This document shows positions 33,650-47,099 of a stretch of 64,000 nucleotides of DNA, in pieces. Numbering within the stretch: position 1 is the first letter of the stretch; each line of letters opens with the position of its first letter. The notes beneath the pieces were generated by a model. The model did not search any database. It saw nothing but the letters and a program-made list of their open reading frames with translations, and had not been told where the DNA came from. This stretch comes from Octopus sinensis (taxonomy: Eukaryota): assembly GCF_006345805.1 (NCBI RefSeq), contig NC_043019.1, positions 26,659,360 through 26,723,359 of the forward strand. Reading direction: 5' to 3'. A program made the position numbers and the translations under genes.

Positions 33650-34519
33650 CTGAAATGAAACAAAGAAGAATATTAACGAATCATGTGAAGGTGGTGAGCT
33701 GGCAGAGTCGTTAGCACACCGGGCAAAATGCTTAGCGACATTTTGTCTGCCTTATGTTCAGAGTTCAAATTCCACCGATGTCAACTTTGCCTTTCATCCT
33801 TTCATAGTTGATAAAATAAGTACCAGTTACACACTGGGGTCGGTGTAATCAATTCATCCCCCTCCCTCAAAATTGCTGGCCTTGTACCAAAATGTGAAAC
33901 CAATATTAATGAATTATGGATTATAGTAGGCCATTAATAACACCTGACAGGTGTTTAGTGACAGCCAGAAGCTGGGATGTCTTTATCTATGATTAGTTAC
34001 TTGGTGAATTCACAAGTTACTTGGCAACACTAAAGGTTGCTTGTCAACCTTGCAAGTTGCTTCTCAACTGCAAAGGTTTCTTAGCAACCTTACAGGTTAC
34101 TCAGCTACCACACAGGTTACTTGGCAACTTCACCAGTGCCAGTATTGTAATAATAGCACCTTCTACCCATATTAAAATGGTTGGCATTAGGATGAGCAAC
34201 AAGCCATAGAAAACATGTCAAAGCTTGTCAAACCATCTAACCCATGCCAGCATGGAAAATGGACGTTAAATGATGTTGATGAAGTTGTCTGTTATGTCTT
34301 CAGGGGTTTTGAATATCTCATCACCAATAATGATATGATGACACTGGGGAGGGGGGTGCACAAGGGTGTAGGAATAGTATTACCCAAATAAATACTTGGA
34401 TATGGTTATCTAGAATAATCTTTTGCAGAATTAATATGTTCACACAGAATGTACTCTGTACTACGCCCAATGTAGGTACAATATGAAACTAACACAGTAA
34501 TCTAATATGAATGAGCAAT

Positions 34520-34935
34520 GCTATCAACTGTATAAACTGTCAACTACCCGCTGTAAACTGCCTGCTGTCAGCTGCTCACTGTCAAGTACTCGCTGTCAGC
34601 TGCTCACTGTCAACTGCCTGCTGTCAACTGCTCATTGTCAACTGCCTACTGTCAACTGCCCACTATCAACTGCCTGCTGTCAACTGTTCACTGTCAACTG
34701 CTCATTGTCAATTGCCTGCTGTCAACTGTTCACTGTCAACTGCCCACTGTCAACTGCTCATTGTCAATTGCCTACTGTCAACTGCCCACTATCAACTGCC
34801 TGCTGTCAACTGTTCACTGTCAACTGCTCATTGTCAATTGCCTGCTGTCAACTGTTCACTGTCAACTGCCCACTGTCAACTGCTCATTGTCAATTGCCCA
34901 CTATCAACTGCTTGCTGTCAACTGCCCGCTTTCAA
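34520..34935. repeat. 14-bp minisatellite (CTGTCAACTGCYCA-like) with 126-bp higher-order period
   Basis: Diagnostic CACTATCAAC variant at 34661, 34787 and 34899. Confidence 0.88.
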
Positions 34936-36897
34936 CCCATTTCTTCATTTTTCTGAAATGCATTAGGCCACTTTTGGTCATGTGGAGGTGGTCAGAATCC
35001 TTCCACAACAATGTCCAACACAGTGTTGGTTTGTTTATGTTCCCATAACCCAGCAGTTTGTCACAAAGAGGCTGACAGAATAAATATTAGACTTAAATAA
35101 GTATTGGGGTCAATTCATTCAACTAAAACCTTTCGTGGTGGTGCCCCAGTATGGCCACAGTCCAATGACTGAAACAAGTAAAAGAATAAAAAGAAAATAA
35201 GGAGTTCAAGGGGTTTGCAGTGGGAACCACTTTTACAGTTGAGTGGACCGAGTCAATGACAGTGAGTCCAATGTTTGATGCCAGTGGAAGTATTTGAACC
35301 ATAAACCATTTGATTACTGTTTAACCCTAAGTTGGCTCTGATCAGGCAGACCTATAATCAAACATGTTTCAGCCATGACCATCCTGCCTTTTCGTTTCTG
35401 GAATAATGTACAGCAGACTAAATTAGCTAATGTGTTCTATTTCTATGAGAGGGTGTGGTTTGAAGGAGATTTAGCTTCTATTTTTAGCAAGTCAAATGCC
35501 CCCAAGATGGTTCATAACTGTACAAATTTATCAATCATGCTTTCATATCCCTCAACATTATACTCTACTCAGTTGAGGGGACTTTGTCTCGTGGGTCCTT
35601 GGTGACCTCACAATAGCTGGTGCCATGAAAAAAAAAAAACTTCCAGTACACTCTCTGCAGTGGTTGGCATCAGGAAGGGCATCCAGCTGTAGAAACCATG
35701 CGAGAACACACATAGGAGCTTAGCACAACCCTCTAGCTTGTCTGTTTATGTTGAGGTGTCCAACCAATGCCAGCATGGAAAAGAAGAATACTAACTGATA
35801 ATGATGATGACGACAATGATGATGATGATGATGATATTGGTGTTTTGGAATAAACCTTACAAAAGGTGGGTTGTTTGTTTTGGATGAAAGTATGAGCTGA
35901 ATTTTTTACTTGCAGAAATTGTTACCATTCTTGAGATTTGGGTCAAGATTATAATTAAATTACTAATTTATTATAATTAAAAATAACTGCAATTAAAAAA
36001 AAAGGTTCTTAATAATAATAATAATAATAATAATAATTCTTTCTAATTTTTGGCACAAGGCCAGCAAAGTTGTGTGGAGAGGATAAGTCGATTACATCAA
36101 CCCCTGCATTCAACTGGTATTTATTTTATCAATTTCTGAAAGGATGACAGGCTAAGTCAACTTTGGCAGAATTTGAACAGAGAAGATAAAGCTAGTAGAA
36201 ATGTTTAAGGTTGTTAGTAACAATGATCATAATTGAAATATTCTAACAAATAATGGTTTGTAGGGTAGGTGTGAGAGGCTGGATCTGGCCAGTTTCAACA
36301 TGAAACAGGGTGAATAATTTGGCCAGATTTGGTCAGTTTAAATGCTAAAGAGTTAATGTAGTTCTCAGGGAGATCCAGCATGATGCAGATTTGAATTACA
36401 GGTATAACTCATTTTTGTCATGTTAATATTCTGGTTAATGATGTTTATAATGTAAATGAGATTCTAATCAATAATGATCATTAATCAGTAGAAACAAGAT
36501 ACTGATGACATTTATACCTAGCAAAGCACCACCTGTGTTCCTCACCTGTGCTCCAACATGCAATTTTACATTACACATCTTAACACATCATACAGTATTT
36601 CTTCCTTCCCTTAAATCTCCCACATGTCTTGCTACCATGTAGGATCATGCTAATTCACTTTTCATCCAGAAAGTGTAAACCCTATGTGGCCAACAGTGAT
36701 AACACGTGTGCTGTTGGTGATTTCTTCTTCTTCTCATTCTTTCGACTTTTCTTTTTCTCCTTTCTGACGAAGAGCTATGCTCGAAAAGTTAAGCTCTCTC
36801 CTTTCACTGAGTGTCAATCAAATACACTTCCTGTGCACATCCTCAAACTTATTGTTTTCCTTTTTTTTTAATATTCTATTCATTTATTTGAATTGAC

Positions 36898-36933
<36 letters not shown>

Positions 36934-37630
36934 TACATAAATACATGGGATTCTTTCAGTTTCCGTCTACCAAATCCACTCACAAGGCTATGGTTGGCCT
37001 GGAGTTATAGTAGAAAACAGTTGCCTGAGATGCCATCCAGTGAGACTGAACCTGGAACCATGTGGCAGGGAAGCAAACTTCTTATGGCACAGCTATGCCT
37101 GCACCTGTATGTACATGTATAATGCATATTTTGCCAGTGTCATGCGAATGGCAAGGGTAGCCAGTGGCACATAAAAAGCATCCATTACACTCCTGGAGTG
37201 GTTGGCGCTAAGAAGGACATTCAGCCATAGAAACCTTGCCAAATCAGATTAGAACCTGGTGCAGCCCTCCGTCTCACCAGTTCCAGTCAAATCATTTAAC
37301 CCATGCCAGCATGGAAAGTGGAAGTTAAGTGATGATGATGATGATGATGATATATTTTTCCTTTCACAAATTAGAATTCGAAGCAGTGACAGGTGATGAA
37401 GACCTTTGGCGATATATCATGGTTGGGTAGACCTGTCAAGCCAAGCGAGACCGTAGTCATGGCTGATGCCAGTGTCAATGGCACTGTGTGGGTGGCGTGT
37501 AAAAAAACACCCACTACACTCTTGGAGTGGTTGGCATTATGAAGGGCATCCAGCCATAGAGATCTTGCCAAATCAGAGTGGAATCTGGTGTGGCTTCCTG
37601 ACTTACCAGTTCTAGTCAAACCGTCTAACC

Positions 37631-37839
37631 CAGTGCTTCCCAACGATTTTGCACTCGCGACCCCTTACCCAAAAGCTTGAAACCCACGTGAACCCCTACA
37701 ATCAGCAGAGCATAAAAAATGTAATTGATGAGTTGAAATTAATATTATCCCAAGCTGCTTCTAGCAAGGCTACACAATCCCCCTGCCAAGGCTTTGCAAC
37801 TCCCCAAGGGGGTCAGGAACCACCGGTTGGGAACCCCTG
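37631..37839. mobile_element. hAT (Charlie-like) MITE with 8-bp TSD GTCTAACC
   Basis: TIR CAGTGCTTCCCAAC / GTTGGGAACCCCTG; TSD at 37623-37630 and 37840-37847; interrupts a family D repeat. Confidence 0.88.
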
Positions 37840-38048
37840 GTCTAACCCACGCAGTATCGAAAGCGGATGTTAAATAATGCAGAAACATAAGCATTATATT
37901 TGACAGAGAAATGTGAATGCTGAAGGGTTTAACTATAAAACATCAAAAGAAACGGCAAACCCACAAAGAAGGCCAATTCCTTCCCTCCACTCCCACCCCA
38001 CCAATTCTTTCCAATACCAATTGACAAAAGACACAGGGAATCTCTTAC

Positions 38049-38219
38049 CTGACTGAAAGAGCTGATAAAACCTCGGTCCCCGTCTTCTTTATTTTGGCGC
38101 TGAACTCGGTGCCATCCCACTTGGCAATGTAGCAAGGAATTGGTTTGATGGCTCTCCGACTTGGGATGTTTAATGTGTAAAGGTTGTATTTGTTTTTATT
38201 TCCCTCGACACAACCAAAT
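38049..38219 (-). CDS. PREB: PREB exon 6: FGCVEGNKNKYNLYTLNIPSRRAIKPIPCYIAKWDGTEFSAKIKKTGTEVLSALSV(S)
   Basis: cattcag/gtaaga; 'FG.V....L+T..IP.....PCY+..WDG..F.....G.EV+S.L.VS'. Confidence 0.95.
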
Positions 38220-38319
38220 CTGAATGGACAAAGAAGAAAATAACAGTTAGAAACATTACTCTTTTGGTAGAATAATTAGTTGGTGGCCAATTGTGAGAGA
38301 GGGAGGCTGGGTGGATTAG

Positions 38320-38960
38320 TGTGTGTTTGTGTGTGGCTTGTAGATTTCTGTGTGAGTGTGTATACCTACTATATTAGAGTGTGTGTGTAGCTAGTATATT
38401 AGTGTGTGTGTGTGTGTGTTTTTGTCTGTGTGTGGCTTGTGGATTAATTTGTGTGTGTGTATATATACCTACTATATTAGTGAGTGTGTACCTACTACAT
38501 TAGTGTCTGTGTCTGTGTGTATAGCTAGTATATTAGTGTGTGTGTAGGTGTGTGAGTGTGTTTGTATGTGGCTTGTAGATTAGTGTGTGTGCGTGTGTGA
38601 GTGTATGTGTGTATACCTACTATATTAATGTGTGTGTGTGTGTGTGGTGCGTATAGCTAGTATATTAGTGTGTGTGGTGTGTATACCTACTATATTAGTG
38701 TGTCTGTGTGTGGCTTGTAGATTAGTTTGTGTGTGTGTGTGTATAGCTAGTATATTAGTGTGTGTGTATGTTTGTCTGTGTGTGGCTGGTAGATTAGTTT
38801 GTGTGTGTGTGTATACCTACTATATAAGTGTCTGTGTGTGTGTATAGCTAATATATTAGTGTGTGTGTGTTTGTCTGTGTATGGCTTGTAGATTAGTTTG
38901 GGTGTGTATAGTTAGTATATTAGCATGTATGTGTAGGGAGGAGCTGATAGATTAGCATTC
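38320..38960. repeat. Compound (GT)n array with ATACCTACTATATTAG / ATAGCTAGTATATTAG / GGCTTGTAGATTAG spacers
   Basis: Direct reading. Confidence 0.8.
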
Positions 38961-39057
38961 ATATCTGGTATATTAGTCTGTGGCTGGTAGGTAAATGTAT
39001 ATATGTGTGCATATACATATTTTTAGAATACTGTAAAATAATCACACACAGACATAT

Positions 39058-39112
<55 letters not shown>

Positions 39113-39526
39113 TACACACACATATACAGACATATACATACACATGTACATATACACACATTTTTATGTTGCAAATGTCATGCACAACAACTGAAAGGAA
39201 AAAGACAACATAGAAGGGACAAGTTTTAACCTGTAAGCCAGGTAGGAATATAGATACACACACACACACACACACACATGTGCGCATGCACACACACATG
39301 TGCGCGTGCACACACACACACAGAGGCTTCTTTCAGTTGCCACTTTCCAAATCCTCTCACAAGACCTTGGTCAGACCTGGGGTTTAGAATAAGACTTTTG
39401 TCCAAAGTGCCACACAGTGGGACTGAAACCAGAACCATGTGGTTTGGAAGCAAACTACTCCCCCCCCCCGCCATCTTTGCCTATAAAACAACAAAACCAA
39501 AAATAACAACATTCTGCCATACTTAC

Positions 39527-39645
39527 TCACAACATCGAAACCTATACTGCTCTTTGGTCTTGCAAGGCCAGTTTAATTTCGTGTGTTTTTTACCAGTTTT
39601 TGCATTCCATACGATTCCTAAATTGTCTTTGGACACTGTCACAAC
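39527..39645 (-). CDS. PREB: PREB exon 5: VVTVSKDNLGIVWNAKTGKKHTKLNWPCKTKEQYRFRCC(E)
   Basis: tgtttag acceptor; 'VTVS+D....VW.....L.W....YRF..C'. The in-frame donor is gtaagt at 39526; a second GT lies 4 nt upstream. Confidence 0.9.
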
Positions 39646-39828
39646 CTAAACAGCAAAAATAAATAGTCTTATGTGTAAAACATTGATTAATTAATTATTC
39701 ATAGTTAACGAAAGGAAAAGAGAGTCGTGTCACAACATCTTTTCAGTCAAGCCCTGGGGGTGTCAATGTAATCAATTAGTCCCCTCCCTTGAAATTTCAG
39801 GCCTTGTGCCTATACTAGAAAGGGTTAT

Positions 39829-40194
39829 TATCTCTATATATATAAACGGCAAAATGTCTGTGTGTGTGTCCTTTATACAAATCCACAATTTTTCAGTTAG
39901 AGGGCTCGCACTTTCTATGGTCATTCATAACTATCCAAGGGTGGTCGTGCACATCTTTACATTTCCCCAGTCACCCGGTAAAGCTATTGAAAAATCAATA
40001 GAAGTGACTTTCTTGTGAATTTTCTATCCAAAATCCAATCAAAATGCCCGAAACTTGATATGCCAATTGAGTGCCAATAGCTGTATGTGATTGGTCAGAG
40101 ATTTGGACAGTACTCATGTGTATGTGTGCACGCACGCAGCTGTATATGAATGCACTAGCACTATGACCTGGTGTTGCTGGGTCATAGTGCTAGT
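39829..40194 (-). mobile_element. Second Lep1-like Helitron-type subfamily with a perfect terminal hairpin
   Basis: ACTAGCACTATGACC-(loop)-GGTCATAGTGCTAGT at 40154-40194; ATCTCTATATATAAAC..(GT)n at the other end. Confidence 0.55.
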
Positions 40195-41087
40195 TATCTA
40201 TAATAACAGAAGCAAAATTCTGTCTGTCCATCTGGGACCCCTGTATCTCAGTCTATATTTGCTCTACATAGACATATTTTTACCTTTTTGGAATCAGGAT
40301 GACTCCAGAGATTGAAAATCTGCCCTTCATTTGGTTCTGGAACATCCAGTATTGGGATCTGATTTAAAAGCATTTGGGTTGCTATTTCTAGCAAGTAAAG
40401 CTTGACTGATTCATCCCATCTTAATTGGCATTTGTCAGATGTCGTCAGAGATCAACGGGGAGATAAAAGACATTCACTTCATTACTCTTACGTCCAGATA
40501 AGAACTTTAGGACAAATTGGCCAACAGCTGGAATCCAACTTGGGACTGGAACAATAGAATGATTGCATTACAGAATTAATTCTCATCTGTCCTTAACTTC
40601 TGAGCAAACCCCACTGGAGCACATAGTCATTATACATGTATTATAGTCATGCTACTTAGCTTTTCTTAGTTTGGAGCCAAAGGCCCAATTAACGCTCTGC
40701 TTAAAAGTTCACACGGAGTGTGGCTTTTAAGCTAATTATTACTATATTAAAGCGGCAAGCTGGCAGAATCGTTAGCATGCCAGGCAGAATGTTTGGCGGC
40801 ATTTCGTCCATCTCTACATTCTGATTTCAAATTCCATCAAGGACAACTTTGCCTTTCATCCTTTCGGGGCCAATTCAAAATAAGCACCAGTTGAACACCG
40901 AGGTGGATGTAAACACCTTAGCCCCTCCCTTGAAATTGCTGGCCCTGTGCCTTTAGTAGAAAAGATTATTATTATTATCATTATTATTATTATTATTACT
41001 ACTAATAACAATACCAACAACAATACTACCATTAGTACATGGTTTTCCAAAGAGAAAGAATCCAACATTTATTTAGTTCTTACTTAC

Positions 41088-41171
41088 CCACTTCCCTGAA
41101 GGACTAACGGCCAAGTCATCTATGTCTGATGAGTGGGCGCTGACTTCAAAGATTTTTTTTGATTCCTGATG
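41088..41171 (-). CDS. PREB: PREB exon 4: HQESKKIFEVSAHSSDIDDLAVSPSGKW
   Basis: cattgcag/gtaagt; 'AH..+IDDL..SP.G' WD40 motif. Confidence 0.93.
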
Positions 41172-41761
41172 CTGCAATGACAAATACAGACATGAGTAAA
41201 GTATTAACCTCTCTCCACCACCATCACCTCTCTTCAGCTTCTTACTCTTTCTCTCTCTCTCTCTTTCTCTTCTCTTTCTCCCTGTCAGCTCCATCCTGGT
41301 GCCTGTGACATATATACTCCCTCTGGATGGGATGCTACCCTGTCATAGGACATACTCGTTTTTGCCAGCTGGAGCAACATGAAATGAAGTGTTTTGCTCA
41401 AGAATACAATGCATCACCTAGTGCAGGAATTGAAACCGCAATCTTATGACCATGAGTCCAACACCCTAGCCACATCAGTTTCTTTCGTTTTATCAAAGTA
41501 GTTTGACTTCCTCATAATCTCTTTCTTTCTGTCTTTCTAACATGCATAATAAAGTATATCTGTGTATAAAGATACATGTGCATATAAACAGGCACAGGCG
41601 TGGCTATGTGGTAAGAAGTTTGCTTCCCAACCACATGGTTCTGGGATCAGTTCCACTGCGTGGCACTGTGGGCAAGTGTCTTCTGTTATAGCCCTTGGGG
41701 TCAACCAAAGTCTTGTGAGTGGATTTGGTAGACGGAAACTGAGAGAAGCCCATTGTGTATG

Positions 41762-41860
41762 TATATATATATAGATAGATAGATAGATAGATAGAGATAG
41801 ATTGATTGATAGATAGATAGATAGATAGATAGACAGACACAGATAGAGATAGATAGATAA

Positions 41861-41893
<33 letters not shown>

Positions 41894-41958
41894 GATAGAT
41901 TGATTGATAGATAGATAGATAGATAGATAGACAGACACAGATAGAGATAGATAGATAA

Positions 41959-41999
<41 letters not shown>

Positions 42000-42060
42000 G
42001 ATAGATTGATTGATAGATAGATAGATAGAAATAGACAGAGATAGACAGATGGAGAAATAG
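41762..42060. repeat. (GATA)n tract with ~80-bp higher-order duplication
   Basis: GACAGACACAGATAGAG and GATTGATTGATAG recur. Confidence 0.85.
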
Positions 42061-42329
42061 ATAGATATGCATATACATTATCTATACCCACACATATATT
42101 TATGCGCGTGTCTGTATTTACGTTTATACTGTTATGTACTATTACATCCCATTATGTTCTGCTCCTTAGTGGTTCAACAAACAGCCTCTGATAAAATTAA
42201 GTATTATAGTGAATTAAGTAGATGGGTCAAAGCCATTGGCTAAAACCCTTGCAAGCATTGCTCCAGCATGGCTACAGCATAATGAGCAAACTATTAAAAG
42301 AAGAAAACAGCTTATGAAGTTATCCTTAC

Positions 42330-42556
42330 CATCCAACATCTCAAAATGCCATTATCGGAACCTGTGTAGAGTAGATTACCATCTGGACTAAATTTCACCA
42401 CTTTCTGGAAATGATCCGAAACTTTGGTAGAGTTCTGGAATTTGCTGATCTTCTCAATGTCAAAATTTACCATTTTCTGTGGCCCATTCTTTACTGGTTC
42501 TTCTTTGTTGTCAGTCTGTTTTGTCCGCCGCTGTCTAACATCATTTGTGCTGGATT
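42330..42556 (-). CDS. PREB: PREB exon 3: SSTNDVRQRRTKQTDNKEEPVKNGPQKMVNFDIEKISKFQNSTKVSDHFQKVVKFSPDGNLLYTGSDNGILRCWM
   Basis: ttttctag/gtaagg; 'QKVV.F..DG.LL.TG..G..R.W' WD40 repeat. Not present in the ORF track. Confidence 0.93.
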
Positions 42557-42894
42557 CTAGAAAATCAAATTAACACTTTAATTAAGGCAGTGGTAAACAT
42601 GTGAGATAATTAAGTAAGAGGATAGGAAGGTAAGTGGGAAGATACATGAATAGACAAATGCAAAGATGGACAGGTATAATTATAACAGAGATAGGTATAT
42701 ATGCATATATATAGCAATTAAGGACAACTACTAATTAAGGACTACTACTAAGGCGTGTATGTAGAATGCCTCCTGGCATGTATGTATAATGCCCTCTATA
42801 TATAAATATGCATATATATATATGTGTGTGTGTGTACATGGCTCAGTGGTTTGGGCTGTGTGTTCTGTTCTTGAGCAAGACATACTTTTTTTGT

Positions 42895-43282
42895 ATTCTT
42901 TTATTTGTTTCAATCATTTGACTGTGGCCATGCTGGAGCACTGCCTTTAGTCGAGCAAATCGACCCCAGGACTTATTCTTTGTAAGCCTAGAACTTATTC
43001 TATTGGCCTCTCTTGCTGAACTGCTAAGTTACAAGGATGTAAAAACACCAGCATCAGTTGTCAAGCAATGTTGGGGGGGGGGACACAGACACACAAACAT
43101 ACATATATATACATATATACGACGGGCTTCTTTCAGTTTCCGTCTACCAAATCCACTCACAAGGCTTTGGTCGGCCCAAGGCTATAGTAGAAGACACTTG
43201 CCCAAGGTGCTACACAGTGGGACTGAACCCAGAACCATGTGGTTGGTAAGCAAACTACTTACTGCACAGCCACTCCTGCGCC
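42895..43282 (-). mobile_element. SINE family B, full-length (PREB intron 2)
   Basis: Family B consensus. Confidence 0.9.
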
Positions 43283-43846
43283 TATAAGACACTTTATTTC
43301 ACATTGCTCCGGTTCACTCAGCTATAGATATGAGTTGCGATATCTCTGGTGCAAAGCTGTATCATGGCCTTTGTCTTTCTCTTGGATATAACATCAGTGG
43401 TGTGGAGAGGGGAGGCTGGTATGCATGGGCATCTGCTGTCTTCCATAAACAACCTTGCCTAGACTTGTGCCTTGGAGGGAAACTTTATCACTGCAATCCC
43501 ATAGTCATTCATGACCAAAGCGGGGGGTGGAGGTGCTATTTTTTTACATACATAAATACACACTTGAAGTGATTGTCGTTAGGAAGGGCATCCAGCTGTA
43601 GAAACATTGCCAGATCAGATTGGAGCCTGATGCAGCCGCTGGCTTTCCAGACCTCAGTTGAACCATCCAACCCATGCCAGCATGGAAAATGGACATTAAA
43701 CGACGCTGATGATGATGATATATATATATATATTTATACATACATACAGAGATGCGTGGTGGATGGGTGCATGTCTAGATTGGTGATACATAGAAACCTA
43801 CACATAAAAAAGAAAAGAAAAGAGATCAGACAGAATCAATACTAAC

Positions 43847-44048
43847 CTTTCTTTGTATCTTCTTTTGCTGCCACAACCTTGTACCTGATAGAAAAAACTT
43901 GACAATCATCATCAAGACCAACTGCTAACTTGTGGTTCCTGCCATCTGAACAGATGGCACTGTTCATCACAGCCTGGCTTCCTGTGTCATGGTAGGACAA
44001 ACTGCTTGACTTGATGTTACCCTCATCCCATTTCACAGCATAGATCTC
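43847..44048 (-). CDS. PREB: PREB exon 2: EIYAVKWDEGNIKSSSLSYHDTGSQAVMNSAICSDGRNHKLAVGLDDDCQVFSIRYKVVAAKEDTKK(E)
   Basis: ttttctag/gttagt; 'HDT...A.MN...LA.G.D..CQ' pattern; phase 0 to 1. Confidence 0.93.
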
Positions 44049-44221
44049 CTAGAAAATAAGATATTAACACGTTTATATATTTGTTTTGCATGGTTTTCGA
44101 TGGGAAATTGAGTGTTGAAACAGACATGGTTATATTTGCAGATAGTCATTCTGCAAATAAGCACACACACTATTCAATCTTCACTTTAGATGATGATGAT
44201 GGTGGTGGTGGTTGTCGTCGT

Positions 44222-44608
44222 TGTCATAGCTGTGTGATAAGTAGCTTGCTTAGCAACCACATGGTTCTGGGTCCAGTCCCACTGCATGGCACCTTGGGCA
44301 TGTGTCTTCTACTATAGCCTCGGGACGACCAAAGCCTTGTGAGTGGATTTGGTAGACAGAAACTGAAAGAAGCCTGTTGTAAATATCTATGTATATATAT
44401 ATATGTATGTGTATATGTTTGTCCCCTTAACATCGCTTGACAACTGATGCTGGCATGTTTATATCTCCGTAAATTAGTGGTTCGGCGAAAGAGACCGATA
44501 GAATAAGTACTAGGCTTACAAAGATTAAGTCCTGGGGTCGATTTGCTCGACTAAAAGGCGGTGCACCAGCATGGCCACAGTCAAATGACTGAAACATGTA
44601 AAAGAATA
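44222..44608 (+). mobile_element. SINE family B, near full-length (PREB intron 1)
   Basis: Family B consensus. Confidence 0.88.
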
Positions 44609-46193
44609 ATTCCACATCAAATTTTTATATTTTTAATAATATTTCCAATAATATTCAATATTTAATATTTCCCCTCAAAATGTCATTCCAGTGCATTCTT
44701 CATGTCAGGAGAACATCGCTGAAACAAGAGGAGAAGTTTCTCCATTTTTAATGCTCAATTTGCCGTCCTTGCATGGGTCTTCTCCAGCCCCACACGTCAC
44801 CAATTCTCACGGTCCTTTGATATTTTCTTCTTCATTAGGCACATCTTTGGAATGGTCTTCACCACTTGGTTCCAAATCTTCTGTGGTCTCCCTCTTCCTG
44901 GTAACATCCATTTTGGGCACTCAGCACTTCTCTATACAGGTTTCACCCAAAGGTGCATGGCTAAGTGGTTTGGGTATTCAGCTCACGATTGTGAGGTCGT
45001 GAGTTCAATTCCTGGTGGCACTTTGTGACCTTGGACAAGGCACTTTATTTCACATTCCTCCAGTCCACTCAGCTGGTAAAAATGAGTTGTACCTGCATTT
45101 CAAAGGGGTCAGTCTTGTGACACTGTGTGTCACTCTGAATCTGCCTGAGAACTAGATTAAGGGCACATATGTCTGTGGAGTGCCCAGCCACTTGCTCATT
45201 AATTTCATGAGCAGGCTGTTCCGTTGATCAGATCAACTGTAGAACCCTCGTCATCATAACCAACAGAGTGCCAGCTCATGCCTCTACCAGTATAGTCTTC
45301 TCTCTTTTCAAGTTATATATTGATTTCTCTTATTTCTCAGCGATGGACCCAGTGGGAGAGGTCAGGCTGAGAGGCACGTGTTCCCCTCAAGAAAAGAAGT
45401 GCATCCTTCTAAATAATCTTATTATGCTTTTTTCTCCTGGAATTGTATAGCCTTCTGACTTTGAGCCCTCCCTTCAGAAAAATTCCTGGGACCACACCTG
45501 TGTCTGGTTTCTATTTTAGCTTATTTCTTCTCTGTAGTTCACATGCGAACTGGAAGTCAGAATTATTCTACGTAGTCAAAGAGGCAAAATTCAGCACCTG
45601 CGGATTTATCTAGAGAAAAGATTTAGGAAACTATCGTAAAGTGGTTATTAAGGCAAATATTAAAATATATATGTAAAATTAGCATTATAAAAAAAACTCT
45701 AAATTATAAATAACAATAAGAGAATGATATAAAAAAACTTCAGAAGAAACAAGGATTTTCAAATGAAACTATCTGATGAATTTAAAATGCTAAAGGAAAG
45801 GGAGAGAGAGAGAGAGAGATAAGGAAAGAGGATAAAGACGGGACTAGGTAGGTGGGTAGGTAGGTAGGTAGATAAGGAGGGTGGGGTTGGATGGAGATGG
45901 ATTTAGAAAGATTACGCACAGAAAATAATGAACATTGCAGTGATGACTACAGAGGGACTGGTAACGATGCCAAACAAATGGAGAAAAGAGAAGTGGTAGA
46001 ATTACATGAGAAAAGTCAAAAATAGGAAAGTTAGAAAACAGGATTTTCAAATAAAACTATCCAATAAATTTGATATGCTAAAGGAGAAAGAGAGAGAAAG
46101 AGAGAGAGAGAGAGGCAGACAAATAAAGAAAGAGGATAAAGTCATAGAAGTAAGTAGGGAGGGAGGGAGATGGATTTAGAAAGATTATGCACA

Positions 46194-46597
46194 GGCGCAG
46201 GAGTGGCTGGGTGGTAAGTAGCTTGCTAACCAACCACATGGTTCCGGGTTCAGTCCCACTGTGCGGCATCTTGGGCAAGTGTCTTCTGCTATAGCCCCGG
46301 GCCGACCAATGCCTTGTGAGTGGATTTGGTAGATGGAAACTGAAAGAAGCCTGTCGTATATATGTGTATATATATATATGTATGTGTGTGTGTGTTTGTG
46401 TGTCTGTGTTTGTCCCCCTAGCATTGCTTGACAGCCAATGCTGGTGTGTTTACGTCCCTGTCACTTAGCGGTTCGCCAAAAGAGACCGATAGAATAAGTA
46501 CTGGGCCTACAAAGAATAAGTCCCTGGGTCGATTCGCTCGACTAAAGGCGGTGCTCCAGCATGGCCGCAGTCAAATGACTGAAACAAGTAAAAAGAG
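46194..46597 (+). mobile_element. SINE family B, young full-length copy
   Basis: CpGs largely intact. Confidence 0.92.
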
Positions 46598-47099
46598 AAA
46601 GAAAAAAAAAGAGATAAAATAATAAATGCTACTATGATGATTAGAGATGGTTTGGTAACAATTCTAAGAAACACTCGAAAGGAACTCAACCACTTTGCCT
46701 CTATGAGGCCTAATGCTCAAAAGGAACTCAGCCACTTTGCCTCCATGAGGCCCAACACTCAAAAGGAACTCAGCCACTCTGCGTACATAAATCAGAATTA
46801 AGTCCCTAGACCCATGAGGTCGTCAGGCATACCAATGTACTGGATCCTTTAGTGTTTATGTATTGACAATAAGCTCCAGCATAAATAGTTCAAATTTGGG
46901 GCCCTAACCCTGTGAATCTTCTGGGGAAATCGGTGCACTGAGCCCTACAGTTTTTGATTATTGACAATAAAGCTCATACATGCATACATACATACATACA
47001 CACATATATGAACATGTCTAGATATGCAACTAAACATATATGTTGCATGTCATATGTAAAGCAAAACGCAGAAATCTGCATGTATAGATAGATACATAC

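Noticed and set aside
34507-35048. Three Cys-rich ORFs of 137-151 aa
   Set aside because: Products of a stop-free 14-bp minisatellite; no splice or domain evidence.
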